Shown: positions 27,691-49,080 of the stretch, in pieces
How positions within the stretch are numbered: the stretch's first letter is position 1
Layout of the letters: every line of letters begins with the position of its first letter
Assembly: GCF_009914755.1 (NCBI RefSeq)
Contig: NC_060931.1
Origin: the human T2T-CHM13v2.0 reference genome, Homo sapiens
Strand: one strand, 5' to 3'
DNA: 64,000 nt
Made by a program: the position numbers and the translations under genes
The notes under the pieces: model-generated
Databases searched by the model: none
The model's input: the letters and a program-made list of their open reading frames with translations, nothing else
What the model was told of the DNA's origin: nothing

Positions 27691-30577
27691 CTATTTCAGT
27701 AATTACTCTTTGTCCTTTGTTATATTCTTCTATAAAATCAGGACAGTTCTACCCAGATATTCCCACCACAGTTACAGTCAAGGATGACTTGAGTATGATT
27801 GTGGAAACAATGGGTTTCTGAATGGCCAAGTAAAAGTCAGAGAGGTAACAAATGCCACTTCCTCTAAGGCTCTCCCTAACTTTAATCACTGTTAACAGAC
27901 TCCCCAGTCCCCAAGCACGCTCTCTCCTTCCCTCTGCTCTGCCAGAATTTCACGGGAAAGAACTAAGGGTTATGTTGAAAGCTCTCAAGTTTCCCTGCCA
28001 GGTCTAGAGAGTAGTAGTTTGAATTGTAGTGATTAATGTTACCTATTTTTGAGTTTTAATGTGATCTTGCTATTTAGAAACAGAGTGAGAACTATTTGTG
28101 TTTCTTAGTAAGACTGCCTTTTACAATTTATGGATATTTTCCACTAACAGCAATTTTTCAAGTCATCAGGCAAGGATAAAGAACACTGCAACAATATCTT
28201 TATGAAGATACGTAGAAGATTTCTGAATGTAAAAGATGAGTGGTCAGTTATCACAGGATAAAACTATATAACAACTTGATGGTACTCAACTGCCCACTTT
28301 AAAAAAATATATAGATGTCTAGATAATAAGTCATGCCCAAAACTCTTATAGACGGGGATGTCAGCAAACATTTGCTTGTTCAGATAGAACTTATTGGATA
28401 GAATATTAATAGACTGTGCTGTATGAATGTCATTTACATGTCGTGAAATAAAAATATAAGACACCTGGTATATGTCATCTGACGGTGCCATGCCAAGTCC
28501 TCAGACAGATTGGGTTTAAGAGCACAGAAAGGGACATCATCAGGAAGACTGGCTCTGGCTCTAACCTGTTGGCCTACTTAAGACGGAGAATTGGAAGAGT
28601 CACTTGATCTCCCCATCTCTCAATTTCTTCTTTTATAAAATGGGAATAAAAATATCTCTTACATTTCCTCTTTTGCAGAGCTACTGTGAAAATGAGATCA
28701 TCCTTGTGAAAATACTTATAATTTTATCAAATTTTTTCTCCATAAAAATAAGAAGATACATTTCTTTTGAAAGCTAAGCATATATTTTCATTACTACATT
28801 GCTGGAAAATTTACTTTGTTTGCTAAATGGTCATTCACTTCAGGCCATATTTAGGTTAGTTCTAGGGCTACTGACCTCAGGCCTGTTGGTCAGATTGAGT
28901 GTGAGTGATGAGTTAGGTGTCCCACAGGTCTGGTCTCACACTAACCTGATTGCCAATTATGGAATTTCAAAGTGCAAGTGAGGTAGAGTGAGTTTGATGA
29001 AGCAGGAGCTTTAAAACTGCTGTCCTGTATGAAAAAAATGTTCTAAGATAATTTTTTCTTTCTTAGTCATGGGAATCAAAATACAGAATAGGATACCTCA
29101 TCATTTTGGATAAAATAGGGCACTCTACATAAAGCATTGCTTTAATTAGAGTTATTTTTATACCTCTTTCCTCTACCCCCGCATTCTTTGAGTCACTGTG
29201 GCCTACAGAATCTTCCTTTTCAACATCTCTCACTTACCACTCCCTGTCTGCCTTCCTTAAACACAACCTTGGACCAGACTAGAATAATTTACTTCCTAGT
29301 CAATTCTCATCTTACAGTCTACTCCATTAAGTTCAAACTACTTGATCTCTTGATCAGCTGTTTAAGTCTTTCCAACTTATCTTTGTCTTCACCACCAAAT
29401 AAGTTATTATTGTGAAGCTGGTATCTTTACTACTCACAACTTACAACTTGTTACTTGCCTCTAGTTAAATTCTGCTATCCCTTTACCCTCAAGAGCACTT
29501 CCTTTCTATGTATGGAATCATGCCTACCAATTCATTTCCTTCCTCACCTCTTCAAAGGTATCTTCCATCACTCTTCCTGACATTGCTCCTATCTCATGTC
29601 TGAGGCTTGCAAATGCATCTCAGACTTTGTTCCTTTGTGTGAGTTCTACCCGTTCCAAGATTTCTCTACACTATATACAGAGCATCATTACTATGTTGAG
29701 AATTCTTCAGATATTTAGGATAGATTCTCACTGAATAAAGGATGGAAAGATTTAGTCAGAGGAAACCAGAAAAGATTTCACAGCTAAATGTACTACCTCC
29801 AGTTTAGTGTTTCTAACTTCTGTTTTTGCCAGGTTATCCAGATTTTCGATAAAAGAAAAATAAAAAAACCTGACAACTCCCATCCTACCAATTACATGCA
29901 CTCTACATTAAAAAGGATTATTTTTAAAGTTTCCTCTCGGTTAATAAGATTTGACTGAGCTTTATTTTCTGCAGCTTATATTAATTTGTGTTTTAAATCA
30001 TAATACATAATTTTATTATAATATTGTACATCTATTCTGAGTCTACTCAACCCCCACAAACATAATAAATTCTGACATGTACTTTTGGGGGTGTGCTACT
30101 CACCACATCAGTTAAATGGAAAATAACTGCTCTCAACACAGTTTATTCCCCAAAGTGAAACACTGTGGTATGTCATACCAGTAGAGTTGAAGTTGGGTCT
30201 CCCTTAAAATAATTTGAAGCAGTTTCTAAAAATTCCCAGATGGTCTCCTTAGAGTGACAGTTATAAAAACAGCCATCAATTGGAGAAGAATTCAATTTTG
30301 GAGGTTCTGGATCTTACCATGGTTCTACTGACTTTACACATCAGTCTTGCAGGTAGCATTATTATATATACCCATCAAATTATGTATTAATAGAAATGCA
30401 AAAACAGATACTTAGGCATGAAAGGTGTAACAGATGATAAAAAATTCCTTCGTTAGAAGAATCTTTTTGTTTATTCTTATGTGTTACTTTATAAATGACA
30501 CTGTGAATAAAAATTAGGTTCAGACAACGTCTTTCTCAATAATTTTCTATGTATTATGAGCCCAAATGTGGCTTAAT

Positions 30578-30735
30578 GGCTGCAAAACACTAGATATTGC
30601 CTTCTATCTGCTTCGCTGTCAACTCATCTTCCATACCATACACTCTGTTGTCCTTTTCACCTAACATCCTTTAGTGCCCACTCATAGAGACAGAGCTCAG
30701 TCCAAACTTTCTAGCATGACATATGAGGCTCTCAG
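30578..30735 (+). repeat. 158-bp dispersed direct duplication, copy 1 (copy 2 at 31846-32003)
   Basis: Ungapped alignment ggctgcaaa.cactagata...ctttctagcatgacata.gaggctctcag. Confidence 0.95.
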
Positions 30736-30987
30736 AGCACTGACTTAGAAGTCAGGGGGTTTATGTTGTTAGGCCAGGTATGCCAATAACTAGTGGTATC
30801 AACACTTCCTAGGTCTTATTCCTCACTTATTCATTAATTTATTCAGCAAAGATTTACACATATTCAACTACTATGAGCCGGGCATCATGTTATAAAAAGA
30901 GAGGATTGAACCAGATGATCTTGAAAGTATCTTCACTTTAAAATTCTAAGACAAAGGCCCTTAGATTCTAGCTCTTGGATAACTTTT

Positions 30988-31522
30988 ATTTTTTAAAATT
31001 TCAACTTTTAAATTTCAGATTCAGAGGATACATGCGTAGGTTTGTTACATGGGTATACTGCTCGAGGCTGAGGTTTGGAGTATGACTGATCCCATCGCCC
31101 AGGTAGTAAGCATAGTGCCCAATAGGGAGGTTTTTTCAGTCCTTACTCCCGTCTCTCCCTCCTCTGTCTAGTAGTCCCCAGTGTCTATCGTTGCCATCTT
31201 TATGTCCATGAATATCCAGCATTTAGCTCCCACTTATAAGTGAGAACATGTAATATTTGATTTTCTGTTCTTGTGTTAACTCAGTTAGGGTTACAGTCTC
31301 TAGCTGCATTCATGTTGCTGTAAAGAGCATTTTTTATGTCTGTGTAGTATTCCATGGCATTATATGTACCACATTTTCTTTATCCAATCCACCATTGGTA
31401 GGCACCTAGATTGATTCCATGCCTTTGCTATTGTGAAGAGCACTGCAATGAACATATGAGTGCATGTGTCTTTTTGGCAGAACGATTTATTTTCTTTTGG
31501 ATATATACCCAGTAATGGGATT
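30988..31522 (-). mobile_element. 5'-truncated L1 (older L1PA/L1PB-like 3' end)
   Basis: gtttgttacatgggtatactg...agctcccacttataagtgagaacatg...atatatacccagtaatgggatt; possible diverged TSD gataactttt/gacagctttt. Confidence 0.9.
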
Positions 31523-31845
31523 TAGACAGCTTTTCAACTGGTTCCTTGCTTTCTTTTTTCTACTACTACTACCCAAGATGAGATTCTTACCATCTATTGT
31601 ATGAACTTCTGCAATAGTCTCTTAGCTGGGCTCCCTGATGTCACAGAGGGAATGACTAGGGAAATAGCAAAGAGAAGCCCAACATATGGCATGACCAAGT
31701 GAGCTTGTGGGGTAATGGGGTTCTAAAGTCTCACCCCATTTTGACCTCTAGGAATACATAAGACATTGCTAAATCTCCACTTCTGGTCGGGATTGGCTCA
31801 AGAATCAGGAGGGTGTGAATAGTCTTCATATTCTCCATATCCAGC

Positions 31846-32003
31846 GGCTGCAAAGCACTAGATACTGCCTTCTACCTGCTTCCCTGTCAGCTCATCTCCC
31901 ATACCATACACTCTAATGCCCTTTTCACTTAACATCCTTTAGTGCCTGCTGACAGGGACAGAGTTCAGTCCAAACTTTCTAGCATGACATACGAGGCTCT
32001 CAG
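31846..32003 (+). repeat. 158-bp dispersed direct duplication, copy 2 (in L2-like context)
   Basis: Aligns without gaps to 30578-30735. Confidence 0.95.
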
Positions 32004-34387
32004 TTCACATTTTCATTGTCTCCTGCTTTTTCCAACCTACTCTATGCTTCAGTTGGCCCCAGCTTTAGGACATGCCCCCAACACTATATTTTCTTTCCAG
32101 TCTCTGTGCTCTTGTTTCTCCTTCTCTCCTTGCTTTGTCCCCACTAACAAGCTGCTCGTTACCCTTTAAGGCCAGCCTCACCTTTTAAACCACCTTTCTG
32201 ACCGCCTCCTTTAGCTGAATGTTAATTACTTCTTCCTGTGTGTTACTCTTCCTGATAGCGTGATTCTTCAATCCATTTAACCACACTAACAGCATTGACT
32301 ACCATTTTAATATACTTAATATTTATCTGGCATTTACAAACTCCATCTTACCTAATCCTTACAAAACCCATATAAGATAGCCATTGTTATCTGTACTTGA
32401 TACATGGGAAACTGAACCTAGAAGAAGTTAAGTCACTTCTCTAAAGTCACATTGATAATTAGGTTAGATTGAGGAAGTGAATCCAAGACTTCAACACAAA
32501 TGCTAAGAATTTCAAGCAGCCCAGGATGTATTTTGAGTTGAGGACTCTTTTGTGTCCCTCAGCTTATTATCGGTCAGAATGCTGGGTAAAATATCTTTAA
32601 TTCCTGAAGGTGAAAATTGAGAGATGAACTGCAATATTCTTTTGATTAGCTAAGTTAATGGAGGCATGCAGTGAAGCAGATAATTGCAAACAGGGGAATC
32701 GGGGAATCCACTGTATTTGCTAGGTCCATTTTCTGCAGTCCTCCAAAATAAGCTGCTTGGAAGAGAGCTAGGAGAATGCTGAGGTGGGAGGTGACAGGGC
32801 ATTATAACTCACAGAACTTATAACCATCACAAAACATAAGCTCTAGTATAAATTGTTTCAATAGCTGTGTGATCTTGGGCGAAGTATTTAACTTTTCTTG
32901 GTCTACTTTATTTTCACGTAAAATGCAGAAGTCAGAAAAGACAACTTCTAAGGTGCAGCTTTAAGAGTTCCTACATCTGATGAAAATGTGGAAAGCTGTC
33001 CTACTGAATTCATATAAGGCACTGGGAAATTTCAGTGGTGCAGTTAAACAGGTAAGTGATAAGCCTATCGGGGCTTACCTTGAACTTCTCTGATTTTCTA
33101 CAAAAGTAGCCAGTGACTCCAACACTCTTATCTATAGGCAGAAGGATACTAAGATACTGGAGTAGCCACTTATTTCTCAAAAGAATGAAAGGCTTCTTAA
33201 TCACATTTTATAATTTCATCTGTGTGACCCAGTGCAGATGCTTAATTAAAAGCTTGTTTTTTTTTTTTAAATTATGATTAAGCAGCACACATCCAACAAT
33301 TACTCCCTACCAGATGTGAATTAGTCCAACGATGTATTTACATTTCCTTTGTGTTTGGCATTGAGTGGTAAGATATATTTAAATACTTGCATTTTACTTT
33401 GTTGAAAAGGAAACAGAAAATACATTCTAAGAGAATCTAAAGCACTGATTATTTGCTGATCTGGCAAAGATGAAACAACACTTCAGATTAAAAACTATAA
33501 GTAAAGCCACAAAAAAGAAAGCACAAAAGACTGTTTCTTGCAAAGCTCCAAAAAGCACTGGCTTTCTAAATAGCTTGCTCACGTTGGGAATTCAATAGCA
33601 TAAAATGGTCAATGAATCTGTCATTTCTCTAAAGAATGTAGTGAATTTTAAACAAAAAGTAGCAAACATTTTATCAGAGGGGTTGTATAAGATAAAAATA
33701 GGTTACTAGAAAAGAACCCAAAAGATTTTCAAGAAGAAATCTTAAAACCCTAAAAGTTTATGAAAGCAAGATAAAAATGTAGCATTCCCCTGTACTCTTC
33801 TGTGGGTTATGGACACACCTGTGGACTCAACCACATATTAACCGCCCCCAACCCCCACTCCAAAAACCAAAACTCTAGTTACAAAAATACCTTGCAGGAA
33901 AGAGTCATAATTTTATGTGGACATTGAACAACATGCATGCTTATTTTCAAACAGCTGTAATTGTATTCCTGAACAAGCATGATTCGTTTTTGCAGAAATG
34001 GCTCCTAGAGGCCAGCATGGCATGACCTGTCGCCATCTTTTGACCTTACTCCAACATAGCGTAGCAAGTAGCTATCAAACCTCCCCTGAAATGAAGGGAC
34101 TGCTGGCTGGGGTGGAGCTGGGAACTGTCTCTGGTCACACTTTCCAACAGTTTATTCTACTCTACCCGCAACTGTCAATAGCCTGCAGTTCTGACTGAGC
34201 AAGAAAAAGGAATAACAAGGAGAGAGAGTGAGAGGGATGAAAAAAGGATGGATGCATCCATTTCATTTCAAACTGCTACCTCCCGCCAAATGGTTGAAGG
34301 TTTTTGTAATTGTGTGTGTATGTGTGTGTTTACTACCTGACCTAGGCACGTACACACACTTTTAAGACACGTAGAGCAGTGTTTTTA

Positions 34388-34680
34388 TGTTTATTTGAGA
34401 CAAGGTTTCCCTGTCACCCAGGCTAAAGTGTAGTGGCACTATCCCGGCTCACTGCAGTCTTGACCTTCAGGGTTCAACTGATCCTCCCACCTCAGCTCCC
34501 CGAGGAGCTGGGGCTACAGGCTCATGCCACCATGTCTGGCTAATTTTTGTATATTTTGGTAGAGATGGGAGTTTTGTCATGTTGCCCAGGCTGGTCTTGA
34601 ACTCCTGGACTCAAGCAATCTGCCCACCTTGGCCTCCCAAAATTGTGCGATTGCAGTCGTGAGCCAACACACTCAGCCAG
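34388..34680 (-). mobile_element. AluJ
   Basis: Dimer; perfect 15-bp TSD agagcagtgttttta (34373-34387, 34681-34695). Confidence 0.94.
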
Positions 34681-34736
34681 AGCAGTGTTTTTAGCCAGAG
34701 GAAAGTAGAATTTAGTTTCTGATACCATGAAATTGA

Positions 34737-35047
<311 letters not shown>

Positions 35048-36968
35048 AAAAAACCCTCTTTTATGACTCCAACTGCAGACAACCTTCTGAGAAGTTGCTT
35101 TCTTGAATTGCTTTTGAAAAAAGGTACTGTTTGCTGCATTGTGAGCTGGTTGCTAGTCCTGAATACCCACACTGGGTGTTGCAGGATGTCTACTGGTGGA
35201 GCTGCTTGGTCGGAGAAGTGCTCAACCCTAGGTCTCTATCAACCTACATGGTAATTCTGGGAAGTGTTCTGACTAGTGCTTCAATTGCAAGCCAGTCAAC
35301 ATGCCTTAACTGGTAGTATAACATATTCTATTATGTTGATCTACTCTTTCACTCCCTTCATTTGTGAGAAATTACAGGGCCCCTGCTGCCTTGCTGAAAT
35401 GAGGGCTGCCAGAATATTTCTCCCATATGGATTTCAGAAGTGCTGCAGCATTAAGTTGCTGAGCTTCATAAAATGGCTGGCAGAAAGAACAAATGTGCCA
35501 TGCTAAAAATGTGACTGTATATTGCATGCACATGGGTCCAGGGTTTGACGAGAGAGCCCTTCTAACTTGTTAAAAGGGAAATAGACTTGGCAGATGTGAA
35601 TCTTCATTGACAGACTTTGATTGTTCAAACTTGGACCCTTTTATTTCCAATTTCAGTTTCAGAAAGAGCAATATTTTATACAAGTATCAAGGAGTCAGCC
35701 TGTTCATTGGGCCATATACACCAAGGATTGCCAATTAAAACTCCCTCAAACACATGGCAAAAAGGAAGAACAAAATTTGTCTTGGCTTCACTGAAATTTT
35801 GGAATCCAGAGAAAGATAGTTATTATCTCTCTGATTTATGTGAAGAGAAAGGGAAAGCAATATGGTACCTTATTTTATCAGACATCTACTACTTTCTCCA
35901 TAGGGCATATACCCACCACTACCCTCTCCGTGTTAGACACTGCACACAGATTCTTAAGGGGATGAATAACCTAGCCTAGGGGTTTCAGGGAAATATAAAG
36001 CAATTTCACTGCAGACAATGGAAGATTATTTTATTCTCAGACACAACAGACAAATGGCACGGAGGAAAACAATCTAATCCCCTGCTGTTTCCAATGTTAC
36101 AATTATTATATGATACTGAAGCTGACTGGGATAAGTTAGCAGAGAATCATCACCAAAGATTTTAAGTTGCCCCCTCCCTCTGTACGACTATTGAACATGT
36201 ATCTACGTAAATATACATGTAGATAGGTCCACATGTTTGTATGTTAATTTGTTCACTTCTGTGTTATACTTTCCATTCCAGCAAAATAAGGTTAACAACA
36301 GAGTCAGAAACAATGAAAATTTCTTGCTTTTTAAACTAAATCTAGTATGAGTTTTATAATTATAGCACTAGCACTTTATTTTATATCAAGTTCCTTCAAA
36401 TTATTGTACAATGCAAAAATCTTAACCATGTGGTGGCATATTAATTGAAAAGCAAAATTTTGGATATTTTAAATTTGATATTTTTGGTATAGGTAATGCA
36501 AAACAGCTAATTAAATCCTTTCTACTGAATAAATATATTGTTGGAGATCAGGGAGAAATGGCTAATAATAACTATAGCTACTACTATGTGCTAAGAACAA
36601 TAACCGTATGCCAAGAAGTCAGTCAAGCATTCCAGAGACTTCATTTTATTTTAATCCTTGAAGTAGCGTGATGAAGAATATAGTGTCCCCATTACATAGA
36701 AGAGGCAATTGTGGCTTAGAGGAGTCAAGTCCAACAATTATAAATGACTGAGCTGCCATACCCCTAGTGGGTTTGGGGTTACATTCAGACTTGTCTTCCA
36801 ACTATGTGGATGTTTGTTTATATAAGCTTATAAAATTTCAAGGTTCATTTCATCTATTTATTTGGCATTTCTTAAGACAGGCTAAAATTAATCACTTCAA
36901 ATTTTGTGTATCTAATTTACATTTGACTGCTTGAACTGAAAAGTATTACATAATGTAAACATAGATTA

Positions 36969-43580
<6,612 letters not shown>

Positions 43581-46500
43581 CAGATGATACTTTATCTTGA
43601 CATAACAGTCTTGTTTTTATTCACAAGTTGTGGCCCATAGGGAGAATCACTCAGTGACAGAATTACTCAGTGACAGAATTAGCTATATTTGAATGGGCTA
43701 GTCAGCCTGCCCAAGTCCTAAAGCAAGCAAATGAGAAGAAAAGAAAAACAAAATGCCAAGCCTATCAGAGAGGATGACTGGGGATGTAACTCTGAGGTCA
43801 TAAACATCTAATATGTACAATAAAGAAAACAATGAAAATGATTTTAAGGTATTTTACGAAATGCTGAAGCTTTGAAAATCTTAAGTCTTAGTTTTTCATG
43901 AATTCTAAAAGGCAGAAGAATTATTAGTAATAGGACTGGATATACCAGTTAACTGACAGTCGGTTGGATAATCTTAATGAAAATAATGGACTAGAATATG
44001 GAGAGAGCAGTTAGCCCTTTAGCTGACTGTAAATAAATCAGTTCTCTTAGGTCTAGAACACCTGAAACATATACGTAATATCTTTTTTGTACACTGTATT
44101 TTCAGTTTTAGTTACACAGACATGCTAACTTTTCTACATAAACAGTAATCAATGACTGTTGAGGCCATGTGATTATTACCCTTTCCATTTTGAATTCTAC
44201 TCAGGAAACTGACAGAGAAAGCATAAACTCATATTTCATCTCCCTAATTACTGGTCTAGGGAAGCAAGAGATCTAAGGACTTAGTCAATGAATAATATAA
44301 AAATACAGTCAGCAGATCATAAATATTTATTGCTACATCAAAAGTCTGCTAGTCGATCTTTCAATAATTCCTTCAGCATAAAATGCTTGAGTCAAGATAT
44401 TGGAAAAAATATTAATTAAAATTTAGACTTAGCTCTGAAAGGACAGGAAATAGAAACTCTACCAAATATTTTCTACTGTCAAATGTCTTTAATTTTTTGT
44501 CTTAGTTTCATTTTCCCTGTGGGTTTGACTGCAGGTTCTTAAATTTATTAACCTACTACACATGCAATTATCATTTTAAATCTGACAATGCATCTACTTG
44601 CTTAGTGGGGAAAGATTAGAGCTAAGTGGTGGAATTTTATTTTTTTTTTCCCCAAAGGCAAAGGGAATACTAACATAAACTTCAGTGTTTATTTCACTTA
44701 AGTATTTTTCTTTGTTCAGTCAAAATTTTCTTATAGACTCTTTACTAATTTTTTTTAAATCAGGAAAGATGCATGAACACTAATTTTAACAATTTACTGA
44801 CTATAGTTGATTAACAGTCAATTGAGTGAATATAGGTAAAAGATAATTGCAGTTATGAGTTACCTTACATATTATATGTATATGAAATATACAATATCAT
44901 CTTTATTTTCAGTATCTTACAAGCTAAAGATATATTTAAAATGTTAACCTGGTTATCTATGAGAATAGTAATATCACTGGTGTGCATGAAAATTCATGGT
45001 AGAGGAGAAGAATGATATGTGCCTGGTAAATTCTAGTGGAAGGGGGAGGAGACTTGTAAACATTGAGGGGAGGGGCTAGAGATACAAATTTTGGAGTCAT
45101 CAATATAGAGACCTAGGTCCTAAGCATTCACTTCCAGACTTCTTATTTCTCTCTGCATTCCATATTTAAAACGATTTTCCAATCTCAATCTTATTTATTA
45201 AATTAGTTCTATTTTTACTAATTTAACTACTAGTTGTAGTTTCTAATCAGCATGAGTGAGTCAACTAGTGTAACTTACATTAGTTTGATGTATTTTTGTC
45301 ATAAAAAATAATTTTAATGTTTTAGTACCCATTTAATAAATATGAAGTCCCAGCAGATACAAAGATGAGTAAAATATAGTCCTTGATCTTAAAGTATAGT
45401 AAACTATGATTTAGCAAGGAAAATTATCATAATTTATTATGATTCAATGTGTAATTCCCATTTAATACTTCAGTGAAATATTAAAAATAACCAGTGATCA
45501 CAAAAGTATCAAAACAAAATGAAAGAAACTTTTTACCTCTTCTCTTTGGAATAACGTAGAAAATAATCACCCTTATTTCTCATTTATCTAGGGGGCATCC
45601 AGTACAGCAGTGACACACAGTAAAGGCTTGCAAACATTTGCCAAATGCAAAAAATTAGTAACATTTCAAGAAGGCATGAGATGTCCAGAACAGAGCTATC
45701 CAAAGGTGCAGCAAGTTTTAGAAAATGGGGTTAGCAAGAGAGTGGATTCTGAGGTAAGAGAAGCCCATGAGGGAGATAGGAAAAGTGAGATTTCAGAGAA
45801 GAGTCATTAGTGTAGGGTGCCAGAGAAGAATGGTGTCTGAAGAAGGGCTGATTACCTGTTTACAACGTGGCAACAGTAGAACATCAGATTGGAAAGTAGC
45901 CATTGATTTCGCCAAGTGGGTATACCCCAGGAATAGTTTCAGTAGGCTACTGAGAGTAGAGACAATAGTATAGGAAATTGGAGAGAGAACAAGTAGTGAG
46001 ACTATAGATGTGGTGGCTGTCTATCTACTACATCTAAGAAGTCTGGTAGGGAGAGGTAGAAAATGCATAGAAAAGTAATCAGAGCAGGCAGACAGAAGAG
46101 CAAAGAGGAGGAGGAATTGGGAAAGAGAAAACACATTGGGTTAGGAGAATGTGATCCAAGATCAGAGTATGTGAATTTGAAAGTTTAGCTTGAAGTTTGG
46201 CTTCAGATTGAGAAAAGTACCTTTTTATCTGACTCCAGAGGGGAAACAAAAGGGTAGTAGGAGCAATAGCGTCTTGATTTATAAGGAAACTCACATCATT
46301 ATTTCAGCAAAGTAGGGTAAGAGATGCTTATCCTGGGGAGTACTGGGAATTACAAAAAAACACACAACAACCAAACGTGCATTCTAAGGTTTTTCAGTGT
46401 CTCTGCCCTGATACAGAGTACCATTAATTAGCTGCTGATTTCATGGCACTGCTGTTCCTCAAGAGTAGGTTTGGGAGTAGAAGACAATCAAGTTTCTAGT

Positions 46501-46698
46501 GAAGTGAGGTTGTCTGCTCTACTAATTCAGATAAGCAAAAACTCATAATTTAAGTATTTCAATAATTGCCTGCACTCCCGCCTTGTGTTTTGTGGATCTG
46601 GATTGATATGGTTTTTATAAGCTCTCTGAAATAATACAAGTTAAAGAAGAGATTACTACTCAAATATAGATGTGGAAGATTTTTCTGTTCATAAGGAC

Positions 46699-47072
46699 TG
46701 TGATGGATAGTTTTATGTGTCAAGTTGGCTAGACTGTAGTCCCAATTATTCAATGAAACCCTAATCTCGATGTTGCTTGGTAAATACATTTTGTGGATAT
46801 AGTTAACATCTACAATTAACTGACTTTAAGTAAAGGAGATCATCGTTGATACTTTGGCCAGGTCTCATCCAATCAGTTGAAAGGCCTTAAGAATAAAATT
46901 GAGGTTTCCCTGAGGAAGAAGAAATTTTGCCTCAAAACTGAAGCATCAGTTCCTGTCCAAGAGTTTCCAGTCTGCTTCCCTGCCCTTCAGATTTTAAATT
47001 TGCCAGCCCTCACGATTTGTGTGAGCCAATACCTACTCTGGTTTTGTTTCTCTGGAGAGCACTAGCTATACA
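46699..47072 (+). mobile_element. Solo ERVL LTR (MLT2-like)
   Basis: tgtgatggatagttttatgtgtcaagttggctag...catccaatcagttgaaaggcc...tttctctggagagcactagctataca. Confidence 0.85.
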
Positions 47073-47516
47073 GAGACCAAAGCTCAAATTTTACTGAAAA
47101 GAGGAGTCTGATCTCCTATTTCTGGAACTATACAATGTATCTATTCAAACTTATTTATTAAACTTATTGAAGAAAAATGAAGATGATGGTGATGGTTAGT
47201 GATTAGGGCAGGGGATATGTGACAGGGGATGTGGGAGAAGGATTTTAACATATCAGAACTGGTTTCACACTACCTGGTTTTACTAGTTGGTTTTTAGTCC
47301 TTTACTTACTTGGTACAGCACAAACACCGAATGGGATCAGATTCTTTGGATTAGTCACACTTCTTCAGTTCTGGGATTGTATTTCCTGTTGACTCAAACG
47401 GTGGTATCAGAACTCTCAGTTAAACACACAGAAATACAGCTTATGTCTGAACAATTTTGATGAGACATAGTCCAAAAACATTTGTCTAGGGGAAGGCTTA
47501 AGTCACTCCGAGTGGA

Positions 47517-47640
47517 TAAACTGGCACGTCTAAGTCTCCTGCTTTGTAGGTAAGTTGTGACACACCATATTGTATGCTGTGTGTGTGTATTCATATTTAA
47601 ATTTTCTCTTGTTTGTGCTGTTTTAGACACAATTTTAATT
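47517..47640 (+). repeat. Dispersed inverted duplication of about 123 bp, copy 1 (partner 52260-52381)
   Basis: Reverse-complement alignment has 8 mismatches and one 2-bp indel. Confidence 0.95.
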
Positions 47641-48889
47641 ATTTAGTCAGGAAGAGAGTGAGTCCAGGCTGAACATCAGGCTTAAAACTGCAGTAAACAG
47701 GTGAATGATAGCCTAAATTCAATCACCCTCAGGGCATCTTAGCTGCAGCTAGGAAATAAAGAAGGGAGAAGTCAGGTGGGAGCTGATGAAACCAAATTGA
47801 TAGGCCTGAGCCAGCATTAAGGAGACTAACCCATGTTCCTGTGTTCAGATCCCTCTGAGTGGGGAGACAGTCATGGGATATATACATGTCTGTGCATGTG
47901 TGTGTGTGGTGTGTGTTGGTCCATCCAGAGTGTTCCTTCCCATTGAGGCTACAGTTGTAGTTTAAGTGAGCACAGAAACAATTTAGTGAAAATTCTTGCT
48001 TTTCTGGCTCCAGTAGCAGGATCTGTCATTAACTAAAGCGGCAGTGCTTAACTACTATCAATACGGAGATTGAAAACTGAAAAGTGTAAGATTTGCCTCA
48101 TACAGGACACCTGCAGGCATCCTCAAACCCAGCAGCAATCTCAGCTTATCCTTAAGCAAACTCAGCTTAAACATGGCAAGCAAACCCAGCTTAATCAAAC
48201 CCAGCTTCACCAGCTGAAACATGGCAAGTTTGCCGCCTTCAGAGTGACCTCTGGGAAAACTCAGAATTTAAGCTGGAAATAGAATGGCCTTTGAGATAGA
48301 GCAAGGTAAGCAGCGCTCAGCATAGTTTCTGGGGGATTTGGAAGGGTGTCCTGATGCTGCAGGATCAGGTGGCACTCATGGCATGGGGAAGCTATCTCCT
48401 GTGGGGAAAAGGAAGTCACTTGTTTAGCTAAACTGAGGCTCATCACCCCACAAATACCTCCTTCACAAAGAAAGACAAATTGTGGGGGATGTGGAAGGGG
48501 TGGTGGTTACTGGTGGATACCAAATTTGTATCTAATTTAGAGTTAAAGCCAGGAAAGGACAGGAAAGAGCCACTGAACTTCCACTTTCTCAGCTTACAAC
48601 ATATTGTTTGTAAGAGACCTGCAAAACACAAGAACTCCTCTTTCAGAATTCCTGGCAGCTGGTTATCCCACTGCAGCTGTTATAATAAGGAAGTGAAGGA
48701 GGAAAGGAGATTGATATTTATTAAGTATTCATTATGTGTCAGCACATAGAATCTTGTTTAGTCCTCCCAAGAGTCCCGTGACATATAAGTATCACTACCT
48801 CCATTTTACCAGGTTAGAAAGATTAGACTGAGACGTTAAGTATGTTCCAAGGAACTCAGGAGTAAGTGGTGGAGCCAGGTGGGTGGAAC

Positions 48890-49080
48890 CATAAAGCCTT
48901 GACACTCAGACTGTGGACAGTCAGGGACTACAACAATGGCACCACTGGAGTTGGTTAGAAATACGGAATGTCAAGTCCCTCCCCCGACCATCTGCATCAG
49001 GAATTGCCTTTTAACTTGATCTTCAGGTGATGGGTATACAAAAAAAAAAAAAAAAAAAAAAAATTGAAAAGCACAGCTCT
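48890..49080. mobile_element. MER5-like hAT-Charlie DNA transposon remnant with an internal A24 run
   Basis: ggcaccactggagttggttagaaatacggaatg...gccttttaacttgatcttcaggtgat. Confidence 0.7.

Noticed and set aside
33070-33085. Other isolated donor-like motifs (cttacc at about 5771, 30313, 33074, 62736, 63251) as additional MAGI2 exons
   Set aside because: I found no adjacent MAGI2-like reading frame or convincing acceptor.
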